From: Antedon mediterranea
Lineage: Eukaryota; Animalia; Echinodermata
Assembly: GCF_964355755.1 (NCBI RefSeq)
Contig: NC_092678.1
Coordinates: 13,514,352-13,578,351 of the forward strand
Reading direction: 5' to 3'
DNA: 64,000 nucleotides
Positions within the stretch are counted from its first letter, which is position 1; each line of letters starts with the position of its first letter. The notes beneath the pieces were generated by a model that saw nothing but the letters and a program-made list of their open reading frames with translations, searched no databases and had not been told where the DNA came from. This document shows positions 1-14,066 of the stretch, one piece after another. The translations under genes and the position numbers were made by a program.

Positions 1-480
1 AAACATATTCAAAGAGTAAAACAATAAACATAACGTTTATCTTTTTTCTTTACATGTTAATATATAAAACTTGAAAGTATGCACTTTCATAATATGTCAC
101 TGTTTAAAATTTGTGAAGATTTCATCATAGTAAAAATTATGATTTAAGTTGATTATGTAATAATCAACTTGCATCGAGGGGGTTCACGACATACCGAATG
201 AACGAGGAATCTTTCTTCGGATTTTCTTCAGCAGGTGCTCATATGGCTGGATGTGTAGTGCAACCGACTTTGGTACCAGAGGTACCGGGTTCGAATCCCA
301 TAATGGGAAAACAATTAATTAAAAGGATTTATTTGGTTATTACACTGAAAGGCCAGTTTTAATTTTGAATAGGCTACTTTTTTTGGAAAAGTCATAACTG
401 AGAAGTACTTTAATACGCAAGATACGTTTTGTTGCGGGCGGATAACCAAACTCGTCCTCAAGTGACGAGTTTAGATCTAG
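1..480 (+). mobile_element. Family A Helitron2/Helentron-like non-autonomous element, 3' part (start lies outside the window)
   Basis: Ends GCGGATAACCAA-ACTCGTC ctcaagt GACGAGT-ttagat-CTAG (subTIR, hairpin, CTAG). Homologous to the 3' parts of 481-3011, 10401-11712 and 26582-28200. Confidence 0.8.
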
Positions 481-3011
481 TTATTCTTCTTTCTTTCTCA
501 GATTTTGTGCACGCGTTTTCTCTTGAACGTGTTAACATAACATTTTGTAACTTGGTCAACATATAGACAATTAACTGAAGATATACTGCCAAGCTTTTTG
601 ACAATGTCAGATCCGCGTAGCGTAAGTTACGCGCGATTTTCTGAAAATCTTAAATCGGTCATAACTTCGAAACCGATAAATATTTTTTAACGAAATTTTC
701 AGCCACGTTTTCTTCACATCAATGGCTAACTTTTGGAATGTTTAACAAATTTTTGGAGATTAGAAAGTTTTCGCGTAAATTGCGTTTGAAATATTTTACT
801 CTTCTTATTTTGTGCACGCTGTTTCTCTTCAACGTGTAAACATAATATGTTGTAACTTGTTCAGCATTTAGACATTTTACTGAAGTTGTCCAGCCAAGCT
901 TTTTGACGATGTCAGAGCCGCGTAGCGTAAGTTACGCGTGATTTTCTGAAAATCTTAAATTGGTTATAACTTCGAAACAAATGAATATTTGTTAACGTCA
1001 TTTTCAGCCACGTTTGCTTCTCATCAATAGTTAACTTTTTTAACGCTACCGCAATTTGTAACATTAGAAAGTGCGCGCGTAAATGGCGTTTGAAATTTTA
1101 AAATGCTTCAAATCAATTTCTGATTAAATTAGAGCACGATTCAGGTCATTTTAAGCGTTGTAAAAATTGCCACTGGTGCGCACATTTTTACGCGCGCACG
1201 GCGCAGGGAACACGTATGAACATTTCTTTTGCACGATTTGTGTTTTTAAATCTTCGGTTAACAATTTTACGTTATTTTATTCACTTTTCAACTTGAAATG
1301 GCGTTCTACGAGCACGTTAAACATGACAGGTTGCGCACGAAAACGTCAACAAATTGTGAAAATGTTGCAAAATATGTTTACTTTTAAAAATGAAACAGTT
1401 CATCAGAATGCAAGGTTACCCCAATTTTTTATTTTATTTTCTTGCAGTGTATTAATCATAGGTCTAATTTATTATAGTCTTGAATGTTAAAAAGTGTTTG
1501 ATAGCTACATTATTTGCATATTAAATGTAATTTTTGAAATAATTATCATCAAACTAACATAAACATATTCAAAGAGTAAAACAATATACATAACGTTTAT
1601 CTTTTTTCTTTACATGTTAATATATAAAACTTGAAAGTATGCACTTTCATAATATGTAACTGTTTAAAATTTGTGAAGATTTCATCATAGTAAAAATTAT
1701 GATTTAAGTTTTCAATAAATAGAGTTTCAATAGATAGAGTACCATATACTAAATTTCTCGGTGTCGTCATTGATGAGAAACTGAACTTTAGACACCATAC
1801 AAATGCAGTTTCTTGTAAAGCATCCTCAATAATTGGTGCCATGTGTCATATAAAAAAATTAGTATCTACTGAAGTGTTACTTACCATATACAAGACACTT
1901 ATATTACCAGTGTTGACATATGGTATTATTGTATGGGGTGCGGGGAACAAAGACAATTTGGATCGCCTTCTATTGCTTCAGAAAAAAGCTCTTAGGATCA
2001 TTTGTAAGGTAGACTTTCATCATCCCTCTTCTCAGCTCTTTGTGAAAACGGGCACACTTAATATATTTGATTTGTATAAAAACAGTGTTTTAAATTTTAT
2101 GTTTAAATACCAAAAAGGACAACTTCCAAAATGTTTTAATTCTTTATTCAGTTTATTTGATAATTATCATACATATAACACTCGAAATAAAGACAATTAT
2201 TGTATAAAATTAAAATCAACTAATATGGGTCAGCAAAGTATAGCATATAGAGGACCTAAGCTATGGAATCAACTTATAAGAAATATAAGAGAGAGTGAAA
2301 ATATATCAATATTTAAAAAACTATTACTAAATAAATGCATTAATAGTTATAAAGAAACAATATATCTATGCGAAAACAACATTTGTAAAATATGTCTAAC
2401 TTTAACTTAATTAATTACATTCTCGTATATATTCTGAGACTGATGTATATATATATGTTATATTATAGTACGTTGTATTTTCCTTCATTTATTTACTACA
2501 TGAAAACATTTTTTGTAATATATTTGTAAATTTATATTTTAAGTTAGGGTGCCACAGATTAAAAGCTTTGCTTGCTTGTGGTTATCCTGTTTTTCACACT
2601 TTATTGTACTTAATCTTTTATTTATATTTTTAAGAATGTTGTGTGAAAAATAAAAGAATCAATCAATCAATCAATCAAAAGTTCGATATGTAATAATCAA
2701 CTTGCATTGAGGGGGTTCACGACATACCGAATGAACGAGGACTCTTTCTTCGGATTTTCTTCAGCAGGTGCTCATATGACTCGATGTGTAGTGCAACCGA
2801 CTTTGGTATCAGAGGTACCGGGATCGAATCCCATCACGGGAAAGCAATTAAATAAAAAGATTTGTTTGGTTAATACACTGAAAGGGCAGTTTTAATTTTG
2901 AATAGGCTACTTTTTGGAAAAGTCACAAGTGAAAAGTACTTGAATGCGCAAGATATGTTTTGTTGCGGGCGGATAACCAAACTCGTCCTCAAGTGACGAG
3001 TTTAGATCTAG
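481..3011 (+). mobile_element. Family A element body (variant with ~290-bp internal tandem duplication), interrupted by a LINE fragment
   Basis: Colinear with the complete copy at 26582-28200. Same 3' terminus, CTAG at 3008-3011. No 5' head directly in front of it. Confidence 0.8.
1711..2678 (+). mobile_element. 5'-truncated non-LTR retrotransposon (CR1/L2/Crack-like) 3' end
   Basis: Open frame 1712-2410 reads ...PYTKFLGVVIDEKLNFRHH...IYKTLILPVLTYGIIVWG...HTYNTR...YRGPKLWNQL, typical of the region after the RT core in L2/CR1-group ORF2. Has a 3' UTR and (AATC)n tail. AAGTT is repeated at 1706-1710 and 2679-2683. Absent from sister A copies. Confidence 0.85.
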
Positions 3012-5841
3012 TTTATTTATTCTTTCCTTAGCACTATTTTGTCCGTGAATTATCTTGATATCAGTTTCATCTATTTAAGTCAATTTTTCAGAGTATATTC
3101 CTTATGGCCAGGAATCGATGTGGTTATATTTTCACGATGCGTAATCAAAAATTACGCGGTCTACGCGCGATTTTACGAAATCACGTTTGTAATCATATCT
3201 TCACAAGCATGAATCACAATTAAACAAAATTTGGTACTCATAAATTTCAGGTCATATTTCATCATATGGCAATACAATTACGTGCGTAGCGCATATAACG
3301 CTTGCGTACGCGCGCTTAAAATGTTCAAAATTGTCAAAATTTATTTTCGATGAAATTAGAGTACGTTTCAGGCAATTTTAGGCGTTTAAAAAATTGCCAT
3401 GAGTGCGCAGATTTTTGCACGCGCACTGCGCGTTATACGTTAATGCGCACTATTTTTGTCCGATTTCGGTTGTACAACCTTTCTTTAATAATATCATCAT
3501 ATTTTATTCACTTTTCAACGCGTAATTGCCTTATACGAGCACGTCAAAAGTGACAGGCTACGCACGTGTAAGTTAACAAAATGGTGAAAATATGCTAAAT
3601 TTTAAAATTAATATAGATCGTCAGAATGCTCGGGAACACATATTTTTTATTTCGTTTTCTTGAAGTGTATGTATCTTATGTATGATTTATTATTAAACTA
3701 AGGGAACAAAAGTTGATTAAGCCATAATTAATTGCATATTAAATTAAAAAAAATTCATTTCGACAATCAAACAAATTATGACATTTTCTTAGGCCAAAAT
3801 AACAAACTTAACATTAACTTTCTTCCTCCAAAAGTTCATATATTAAAGTTAAAAGTATATAGTTTGACAGTGCATCATTTTTGTACATTTTTAGAGATGT
3901 CATCATAGTAAAAAATTATAATTCATTGCGGTATGTAATAATCTATCTGCACCAAAGTGGTTACTGCATAGTAAATACACGGAGGAATTTTTCTACAATT
4001 TTTAGACAGTTGTGCATGGCTCGGTGGTGTGTGCTCGTGTCTATGGCACTCAAGGTACCGAGATCGAGTCTCACCTTGGGAAACGAAATAAGATTTTTTT
4101 TTTATTATCCGTATTGTTTGTTCAAATTTATTTCTTAGTGTATATATTATACACATGATTTATAATGAAATCTAGATAAAAAATAACTTATGTCTTTATT
4201 ATTATGTAACAGCAAATGTGGTTTATGACATTATACGCAGAGGGATCTTTGATCGGATTGTGATACCGGCTATTGTATTCGCGTTAGCAAGGTCCTATCA
4301 TATATTATAAATAATTAAAGAATCTGAGAAAATCAATGAATCAAAATATCTTTTTAAAAAATCAATTATCTTTATTAAAATCAATGCATATAACCTATAA
4401 TTCGTCATAGTGACGAATTAAATCTAGTTTATTTATTCTTTCCTTAGCACTATTTTGTCCGTGAATTATCTTGATATCAGTTTCATCTATCTAAGTCAAT
4501 TTTTCAGAGTATATTCCTTATGGCCAGGAATCGATGTGGTTATATTTTCACGATGCGTAATCAAAAATTACGCGGTCTACGCGCGATTTTACGAAATCAC
4601 GTTTGTAATCACATCTTCACAAGCATGATTCACAATTAAACAAAATTTGGTACTCATAAATTTCAGGTCATATTTCATCATATGGCAATACAATTACGTG
4701 CGTAGCGCATATAACGCTTGCGTACGCGCGCTTAAAATGTTCAAAATTGTCAAAATTTATTTTCGATGAAATTAGAGTACGTTTCAGGCAATTTTAAGCG
4801 TTTAAAAAATTGCCATGAGTGCGCAGATTTTTGCACGCGCACTGCGCGTTATACGTTAATGCGCACTCTTTTTGTCCGATTTCGGTTGTACAACCTTTCT
4901 TTAATAATATCATCATATTTTATTCACTTTTCAACGCGTAATTGCCTTATACGAGCACGTCAAAAGTGACAGGCTACGCACGTGTAAGTTAACAAAATGG
5001 TGAAAATATGCTAAATTTTAAAATTAATATAGATCGTCAGAATGCTCGGGAACACATATTTTTTATTTCATTTTCTTGAAGTGTATGTATCTTATGTATG
5101 ATTTATTATTAAACTAAGGGAACAAAAGTTGATTAAGCCATAATTAATTGCATATTAAATTAAAAAAAATTCATTTCGACAATCAAACAAATTATGACAT
5201 TTTCTTAGGCCAAAATAACAAACTTAACATTAACTTTCTTCCTCCAAAAGTTCATATATTAAAGTTAAAAGTATATAGTTTGACAGTGCATCATTTTTGT
5301 ACATTTTTAGAGATGTCATCATAGTAAAAAATTATAATTCATTGCGGTATGTAATAATCTATCTGCACCAAAGTGGTTACTGCATAGTAAATACACGGAG
5401 GAATTTTTCTACAATTTTTAGACAGTTGTGTATGGCTCGGTGGTGTGTGCTCGTGTCTATGGCACTCAAGGTACCGAGATCGAGTCTCACCTTGGGAAAC
5501 GAAATAAGATTTTTTTTTTATTATCCGTATTGTTTGTTCAAATTTATTTCTTAGTGTATATATTATACACATGATTTATAATGAAATCTAGATAAAAAAT
5601 AACTTATGTCTTTATTATTATGTAACAGCAAATGTGGTTTATGACATTATACGCAGAGGGATCTTTGATCGGATTGTGATACCGGCTATTGTATTCGCGT
5701 TAGCAAGGTCCTATCATATATTATAAATAATTAAAGAATCTGAGAAAATCAATGAATCAAAATATCTTTTAAAAATCAATTATCTTTATTAAAATCAATG
5801 CATATAACCTATAATTCGTCATAGTGACGAATTAAATCTAG
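3012..5841 (+). mobile_element. Two head-less family B Helentron-like bodies in tandem (3012-4427, 4428-5841)
   Basis: ~1415-bp near-identical units, each ending ATGCATATAACCTA-TAATTCGTCA tag TGACGAATTA-aat-CTAG. Confidence 0.8.
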
Positions 5842-7005
5842 TTTTTATCTAGATTTCATTATAAATCATGTGTATAATCTATACACTAAGAAATAAATTT
5901 GAACAAACAATACGGATAATAAAAAAAAACTTATTTTGTTTCGTTTCCCAAGGTGAGACTCGATCTCGGTACTTGAATGCTATAGACACGAGCAAAGACC
6001 ACCGAGCCATACACAACTGACTAAAAGTTATGGAAAGATTCCTCCGTGTATTTACTATGCAGTAACCACTTTGGTGCAGATAGATTATTACATACCGCAA
6101 TGAATTATAATGTTTTACTATGATGACATCTTTAAAAATTAAAAAAAATGATGCACTGTCAAACTATATACTTTTAACTTTAATATATGAACTTCTTAAG
6201 GAAGAAAGTTAACATTAAGTTTGTTATTTTGGCCTAAGAAAATGTTATAATTTGTTTGATTGTCGAAATTAATTTTGTTAAATTTAATATGCCATTAATG
6301 ATGACTTAATCAACTTTTGTTCTTCTAATTTCATAATAAATCATACATATGATACATACACTTCAAGAAAATTAAATAAAAAATAGGTGTTCCCGAGCAT
6401 TCTAACGATATATATTAATTTCAAAATTTAGCATATTTTCACCATTTTGTTAACTTACACGTGCGTAGCCCGTCACTTTTGACGTGCTCGTATAACGCTG
6501 TTTCGCGTTGAAAAGTGAATAAAATATGATGATATTATTAAAGAAAGGTTATACAACAGTAATCGGACACAAACAGTGCGCATTAACGTTTGACGCGCAG
6601 TGCGCGTGCAAAAATATGCGCACTCATGGCAATTTTTTAAACGCTTAAAATTGCCTGAAACGTACTCTAATTTCATCGAAAATAAATTCTGACAATTTTC
6701 AACATTTTAAGCGCGCGTACGCATGCGTTATATGCGCTACGCACGGAATTGTATTGCCATATGATGAAATATGACCTGAAATTTATGAGTACCAAATTTT
6801 GTTTAAAAGTGATTCATGTTTGTGAAGATATGATTACAAACGTGATTTCGTTAAATCGCGCGTAGACCGCGTAATTTTTGATTGCGCATCGTGAAAACAT
6901 AACCACATCGATTCCTGGCCATATGGAATATACTCTGAAAAATTGACTTAGATAGATGAAACTGATGCCAAGATAATTCACGGACAAATAGTGCTAAGGA
7001 AAGAA

Positions 7006-7068
<63 letters not shown>

Positions 7069-8595
7069 ACTAGATTTAATTCGTCACTATGACGAATTAT
7101 AGGTTATATGCATTGATTTAAATAAAGATAATTGATTTTTAAAAGATATATTGATTGATTGATTTTCTTAGAATCTTTAATTATTTATAATATATGATAG
7201 GGCGTGACCTGGCCTTGCTAACGCGACCACCATAGCCGGTATCACAATTCGATCAAAGATCCATATGCGTATAATGTCATAAACCACATTTGTTGTTACA
7301 TAATAATAAAGACACAAGTTAATTGATTTCATTATAAATCATGTGTATAATCTATACACTAAGAAATAAATTTGAACAAACAATAAGGATATTAAAAAAA
7401 CAAAATCTTATTTCGTTTCCCAAGGTGAGACTCGATCTCGGTACCTTGAATGCCATAGACACGAGCACAGACCATCGAGCCATACACCACTGACTAAAAG
7501 TTGTAGAAAAATTCCTCCGTGTATTTACTATGCAGTAACCACTTTGATGCAAATAGATTATTACATACCGAAATGAATTATAATTTTTTACTATGATGAC
7601 ATCTTTAAAATGTAAACAAATGATGCACTGTCAAACTACATACTTTTAACTTTAATATATGAACTTTTGAAGGAAGAAAGTTAATGTTAAGTTTGTTATT
7701 TTGGCCTAAGAAAATGTCATAATTTGTTTGATTGTCGAAATTATTTTTTTTAAATTTAATATGCAATTAATGATGACTTAATCAACTTTGGTTCTCTTAA
7801 TTTGATAATAAATCATACATATGATACATACACTTCAAGAAAATGAAATAAAAAATAGGTGTTCCCCTGCATTCTGACGATATATATTAATTTTAAAATT
7901 TAGCATATCTTCACCATTTTGTTAACTTATACGTGCGTAGCCAGTCATTTTTGACGTGCTCGTATAACGCAATTCCGAGTTGAAACCTGAATCAAATATG
8001 ATGATATTATTAAAGAAAGATTGTAAAACAGAAATCGGGCAAAAAGAATGCGCATTAACGTATAACGCGCAGTGCGCGTGCAAAAATTTGCGCACTCATG
8101 GCAATTTTTTAAACGCTTAAAATTGCCTGAAACGTACTCTAATTTCATCGAAAATAAATTTTAACAATTTTGAACATTTTAAGCGCGCGTACGCAAGCGT
8201 TATATGCGCTACGCACGTAATTGTATTGCCATATGATGAAATATGACCTGAAATTTATGAGTACCAAATTTTGTTTAATTGTGATTCATGCTTGTGAAGA
8301 TATGATTACAAACGTGATTTCGTAAAATCGCGCGTAGACCGCGTAATTTTTGATTACGCATCGTGAAAATATAACCACATCGATTCCTGGCCATAAGGAA
8401 TATACTCTGAAAACTTGACTTAGCTAGATGAAACTGATGCCAAGATAATGCACGGACAAAATAGTGCTAAGGAAAGAATAAATAAATAAATAAATAAATA
8501 AATAAAGATTTTGACAGAATCAAGAGGTTATATGCATATCATGCATATAACCTAATAAATAAAGATTCTGACAGAATCAAGAGGTTATATGCATG
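5842..8595 (-). mobile_element. Minus-strand family B stack: partial head (8556-8595), complete element (7070-8555), outer body (5842-7069) cut by the + strand stack
   Basis: Reverse complement of the B unit. CTAG terminus at 7070-7073 abuts (TAAA)n. Duplicate at 23592-26353. Confidence 0.78.
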
Positions 8596-8649
8596 CTAGT
8601 TAGGTTATATGCATGATATGCATATAACCTCTTGATTCTGTCAAAATCT

Positions 8650-8680
<31 letters not shown>

Positions 8681-8730
8681 TTAGGTTATATGCATGATAT
8701 GCATATAACCTCTTGATTCTGTCAAAATCT

Positions 8731-8761
<31 letters not shown>

Positions 8762-10306
8762 TTAGGTTATATGCATTATCATGCATATAACCTCTTGATT
8801 CTGTCAAAATCTTTATTTATTTATTTATTTATTCTTTCCTTAGCACTATTTTGTCCGTGAATTATCTTGATATCAGTTTCATCTATCTAAGTCAATTTTT
8901 CAGAGTATATTCCTTATGGCCAGGAATCGATGTGGTTATATTTTCACGATGCGTATTCAAAAATTACGCGGTCTACGCGCGATTTTACGAAATCACGTTT
9001 GTAATCATATCTTCACAAGCATGAATCACAATTAAACAAAATTTGGTACTCATAAATTTCAGGTCATATTTCATCATATGGCAATACAGTTACGTGCGTA
9101 GCGCATATAACGCTTGCGTACGCGCGCTTAAAATGTTCAAAATTGTCAAAATTTATTTTCGATGAAATTAGAGTACGTTTCAGGCAATTTTAAGCGTTTA
9201 AAAAATTGCCATGAGTGCGCAGATTTTTGCACGCGCACTGCGCGTTATACGTTAATGCGCACTCTTTTTGTCCGATTTCGGTTGTACAACCTTTCTTTAA
9301 TAATATCATCATATTTTATTCACTTTTCAACGCGTAATTGCCTTATACGAGCACGTCAAAAGTGACAGGCTACGCACGTGTAAGTTAACAAAATGGTGAA
9401 AATATGCTAAATTTTAAAATTAATATAGATCGTCAGAATGCTCGGGAACACATATTTTTTATTTCATTTTCTTGAAGTGTATGTATCTTATGTATGATAT
9501 ATTATTAAACTAAGGGAACAAAAGTTGATTAAGCCATGATTAATTGCATATTAAATTTAAAAAAATAATTTCGACAATCAAACAAATTATGACATTTTCT
9601 TAGGCCAAAATAACAAACTTAACATTAACTTTCATCCTTCAAAAGTTCATATATTAAAGTTAAAAGTATATAGTTTGACCGTGCATCATTTTTGTACATT
9701 TTTAGAGATGTCATCATAGTAAAAAATTATAATTCATTGCGGTATGTAATAATCTATCTGCACCAAAGTGGTTACTGCATAGTAAATACACGGAGGAAGT
9801 TTTTCTACAATTTTTAGTCAGTTGTGTATGGCTCGGTGGTGTGTGGTCGTGTCTATGGCACTCCAGGTACCGAGATCGAGTCTCACCTTGGGAAACGAAA
9901 TAAGATTTTTTTTTTATTAACCGTATTGTTTGTTCAAATTTATTTCTTAGTGTATATATTATACACATGATTTATAATGAAATCTAGATAAAAAATAACT
10001 TATGTCTTTATTATTATGTAACAGCAAATGTGGTTTATGACATTATACGCAGAGGGATCTTTGATCGGATTGTAATACCGGCTATTGTATTCGCGTTAGC
10101 AAGGTCCTATCATATATTATAAATAATTAAAGAATCTGAGAAAATCAATGAATCAAAATATCTTTTAAAAATCAATTATCTTTATTTTAATTATCAATGC
10201 ATATAACCTATAATTCGTCATAGTGACGAATTAAATCTAGTTTATTTATTTATTTATTAGGTTATATGCATGATATGCATATAACCTCTTGATTCTGTCA
10301 GAATCT

Positions 10307-10349
<43 letters not shown>

Positions 10350-12972
10350 TTGGTTATCCGCCTCAAGGCGGATAAGCTCTTGGAATTGTAGTGTTTCTTT
10401 TTGGTTATCCGCCTCGAGGCGGATAAGCTCTTGGAATTGTAGTGTTTCTTTTTTTTATTATTCTTCCATATTTCCGCCACTTTTTGTGTTCAACTTTTCT
10501 CTGCAACGTGTTAACATAACATGTTGTAACTTTGTAAACATTTCGACATTTAACTGAAGTTGTGCAGCGAAGCTTTTGGACGCTGTCAGATCCGCGTAGC
10601 GTAAGTTACGCGCGAATTTCTGAAAATCTTAAGTTGATCATAACTTCGAAACAAATATATATTTTTTAACGTAATTTCCAGCCACGTTTGCTTCACATCA
10701 ATTGCTAACTTTTTCATCGCTACCGACATTTGTAACATTGGAAAGTGCGCGCGTAAACGGCTTTTGAAATTTTAAAATGCTCCAAATCAATTTCTGATTA
10801 AATTAGAGCACGATTCAGGTCATTTTAAGGGTTTGAAAAATTGCCACCAGGGGCGCACATTTTTACGTGCGCACGGCGCAGGGAACACGTATGAGCATTT
10901 CTTTTGCACGAGTTGTGTTTTTCAATCTTCGGTTAACAATTTTACGTTATTTTAATCACTATTCAACTTGAAATGACGTTCTACGAGCACGTTAAACATG
11001 ACTGGTTGCGCACGTAAAATGTTGAAAAAATTTGAAAATGTTGCAAAATATGTATACTTTTAAAAATGATACAGTTCATCAGAATGCAAGGTTACCCCCA
11101 TTTTTTATTTTATTTTCTTGCCGTGTATGAATCATAGGTCTGATTTATTATAGTGTCGAATGTTAAAAGGTGTTTGGTGGCTACATTATTTGCATATTAA
11201 ATATAATTTTTGAAATTTTTATCATCAAACAAACATAAACATTTTCAAAGAGCAAAATAATAAACATAACGTTTATCTTTTTTCTTCACATGTTAATATA
11301 TAAAACTTAAATGTATGCACTTTCATAATATGTCACTGTTTAAAATTTGTGAAGATTTCTTCATAGTAAAAATTATGATTTAGTTTGATAATTAATAATC
11401 TATTTGCATCGAGTGGTTAACGACATACCGAATGAACGAGTAAACTTTCGTCGGATTTTCTTCAGCAGGTGCTCATATGGCTCGATGTGTAGTGCCACCG
11501 ACTTTGGTATCAGAGGTACCGGGATCGAGTCCCGTCACGGGAAAACAATTTAATAAAAGGATTTATTTGTTTGTTACACTGAAAAGGCAGTTTTAATTTC
11601 GAATTGGCTACTTTTTGGAAAAGCCATAACTGAAAAGTACTTGAATGCGCAAGATACGTTTTGTGGCGGGCGGATAACCAAACTCGTCCTCAAGTGACGA
11701 GTTCAGATCTAGTTTTTATTATTCTTCCATATTTCCGCCACTTTTTGTGTTCAACTTTTCTCTGCAACGTGTTAACATAACATGTTGTAACTTTGTAAAC
11801 ATTTCGACATTTAACTGAAGTTGTGCAGCGAAGCTTTTGGACGCTGTCAGATCCGCGTAGCGTAAGTTACGTGCGAATTTCTGAAAATCTTAAGTTGATC
11901 ATAACTTCGAAACAAATATATATTTTTTAACGTAATTTCCAGCCACGTTTGCTTCACATCAATTGCTAACTTTTTCATCGTTACCGACATTTGTAACATT
12001 GGAAAGTGCGCGCGTAAACGGCTTTTGAAATTTTAAAATGCTCCAAATCAATTTCTGATTAAATTAGAGCACGATTCAGGTCATTTTAAGGGTTTGAAAA
12101 ATTGCCACCAGGTGCGCACATTTTTACGTGCGCACGGCGCAGGGAACACGTATGAGCATTTCTTTTGCACGAGTTGTGTTTTTCAATCTTCGGTTAACAA
12201 TTTTACGTTATTTTAATCACTATTCAACTTGAAATGACGTTCTACGAGCACGTTAAACATGACTGGTTGCGCACGTAAAATGTTGAAAAAATTTGAAAAT
12301 GTTGCAAAATATGTATACTTTTAAAAATGATACAGTTCATCAGAATGCAAGGTTACCCCCATTTTTTATTTTATTTTCTTGCAGTGTATGAATCATAGGT
12401 CTGATTTATTATAGTGTCGAATGTTAAAAGGTGTTTGGTGGCTACATTATTTGCATAATAAATATAATTTTTGAAATTTTTATCATCAAACAAACATAAA
12501 CATTTTCAAAGAGCAAAATAATAAACATAACGTTTATCTTTTTCTTCACATGTTAATATATAAAACTTAAAAGTATGCACTTTCATAATATGTCACTGTT
12601 TAAAATTTGTGAAGATTTCTTCATAGTAAAAATTATGATTTAGTTTGATAAGTAATAATCTATTTGCATCGAGTGGTTCACGACATACCGAATGAACGAG
12701 TAAACTTTCGTCGGATTTTCTTCAGCAGGTGCTCATATGGCTCGATGTGTAGTGCCACCGACTTTGGTATCAGAGGTACCGGGATCGAGTCCCGTCACGG
12801 GAAAACAATTTAATAAAAAGATTTATTTGGTTGTTACACTGAAAAGGCAGTTTTAATTTCGAATTGGCTACTTTTTGGAAAAGCCATAACTGAAAAGTAC
12901 TTGAATGCGCAAGATACGTTTTGTGGCGGGCGGATAACCAAACTCGTCCTCAAGTGACGAGTTCAGATCTAG
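10350..12972 (+). mobile_element. Family A doublet (element 10401-11712 nested in element 10350-12972)
   Basis: Heads TTGGTTATCCGCctc(a/g)agGCGGATAA. The 2623-bp length equals the offset change between the duplicated copies. The site is empty at ~29727. Confidence 0.85.
11468..11543 (+). ncRNA. tRNA-like Pol III A/B-box cassette inside family A (also ~235-308, 2767-2841, 12728-12803, 27953-28028)
   Basis: A-box-like TGGCTCGATGTG, anticodon-loop-like CTTTGGTA, T-arm CCGGG(T/A)TCGA(A/G)TCCC. Resembles tRNA-Pro; acceptor stem is degenerate. Confidence 0.5.
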
Positions 12973-13973
12973 TTTATTTATTTATTCTTTCCTTAGCACT
13001 ATTTGTCCGTCAATTATCTTGGCATCGGTTTTATCTATCTAAGTCAATTTTTCAGAGTATATTCCTTATGGCCAGGAATCGATGTGGTTATGTTTTCACG
13101 GTGCGCAATCAAAAATTACGCGGTCTACGCGCGATTTAACGAAATCACGTTTGTAATCATATCTTCACAAACATGAATCACTTTTAAACAAAATTTGGTA
13201 CTCATAAATTTCAGGTCATATTTCATCATATGGCAATACAATTACGTGCGTAGCGCATATAACGCATGCGTACGCGCGCTTAAAATGTTGAAAATTGTCA
13301 GAATTTATTTTCGATGAAATTAGAGTACGTTTCAGGCAATTTTAAGCGTTTAAAAAATTGCCATGAGTGCGCAGATTTTTGCACGCGCACTGCGCGTCAA
13401 ACGTTAATGCGCACTGTTTGTGTCCGATTACTGTTGTATAACCTTTCTTTAATAATATCATCATATTTTATTCACTTTTCAACGCGAAACAGCGTTATAC
13501 GAGCACGTCAAAAGTGACGGGCTACGCACGTGTAAGTTAACAAAATGGTGAAAATATGCTAAATTTTAAAATTAATATATATCGTTAGAATGCTCGGGAA
13601 CACCTATTTTTTATTTAATTTTCTTGAAGTGTATGTATCATATGTATGATTTATTATGAAATTAGAAGAACAAAAGTTGATTAAGTCATCATTAATGGCA
13701 TATTAAATTTAACAAAATTAATTTCGACAATCAAACAAATTATAACATTTTCTTAGGCCAAAATAACAAACTTAACGTTAACTTTCTTCCTTAAGAAGTT
13801 CATATATTAAAGTTAAAAGTATATAGTTTGACAGTGCATCATTTTTTTAAATTTTTAAAGATGTCATCATAGTAAAACATTATAATTCATTGCGGTATGT
13901 AATAATCTATCTGCACCAAAGTGGTTACTGCATAGTAAATACACGGAGGAATTTTTCTCCAAGTTTTGGTCAG

Positions 13974-14066
13974 TTGTGTATGGCTCGATGGTCTGTGCTC
14001 GTGTCAATGGTCTTCAAGGTACCGAGTTCGAGTCTCACCTTGGGAAACGAAATAAGATTTTTTATT
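13974..14066 (+). ncRNA. tRNA-like cassette inside family B (present in every B body, e.g. ~4010-4100, 5426-5520, 9822-9915, 15385-15480)
   Basis: TGGCTCG(G/A)TGG A box and G(T/A)TCGAGTC B box at tRNA-like spacing, followed ~20 nt later by a T run. Confidence 0.5.

Noticed and set aside
8600-8830. CRISPR-like appearance of repeated palindromic heads with spacers
   Set aside because: The spacers are (TTTA)n microsatellite rather than unique sequence, the context is eukaryotic, and no cas genes are present.
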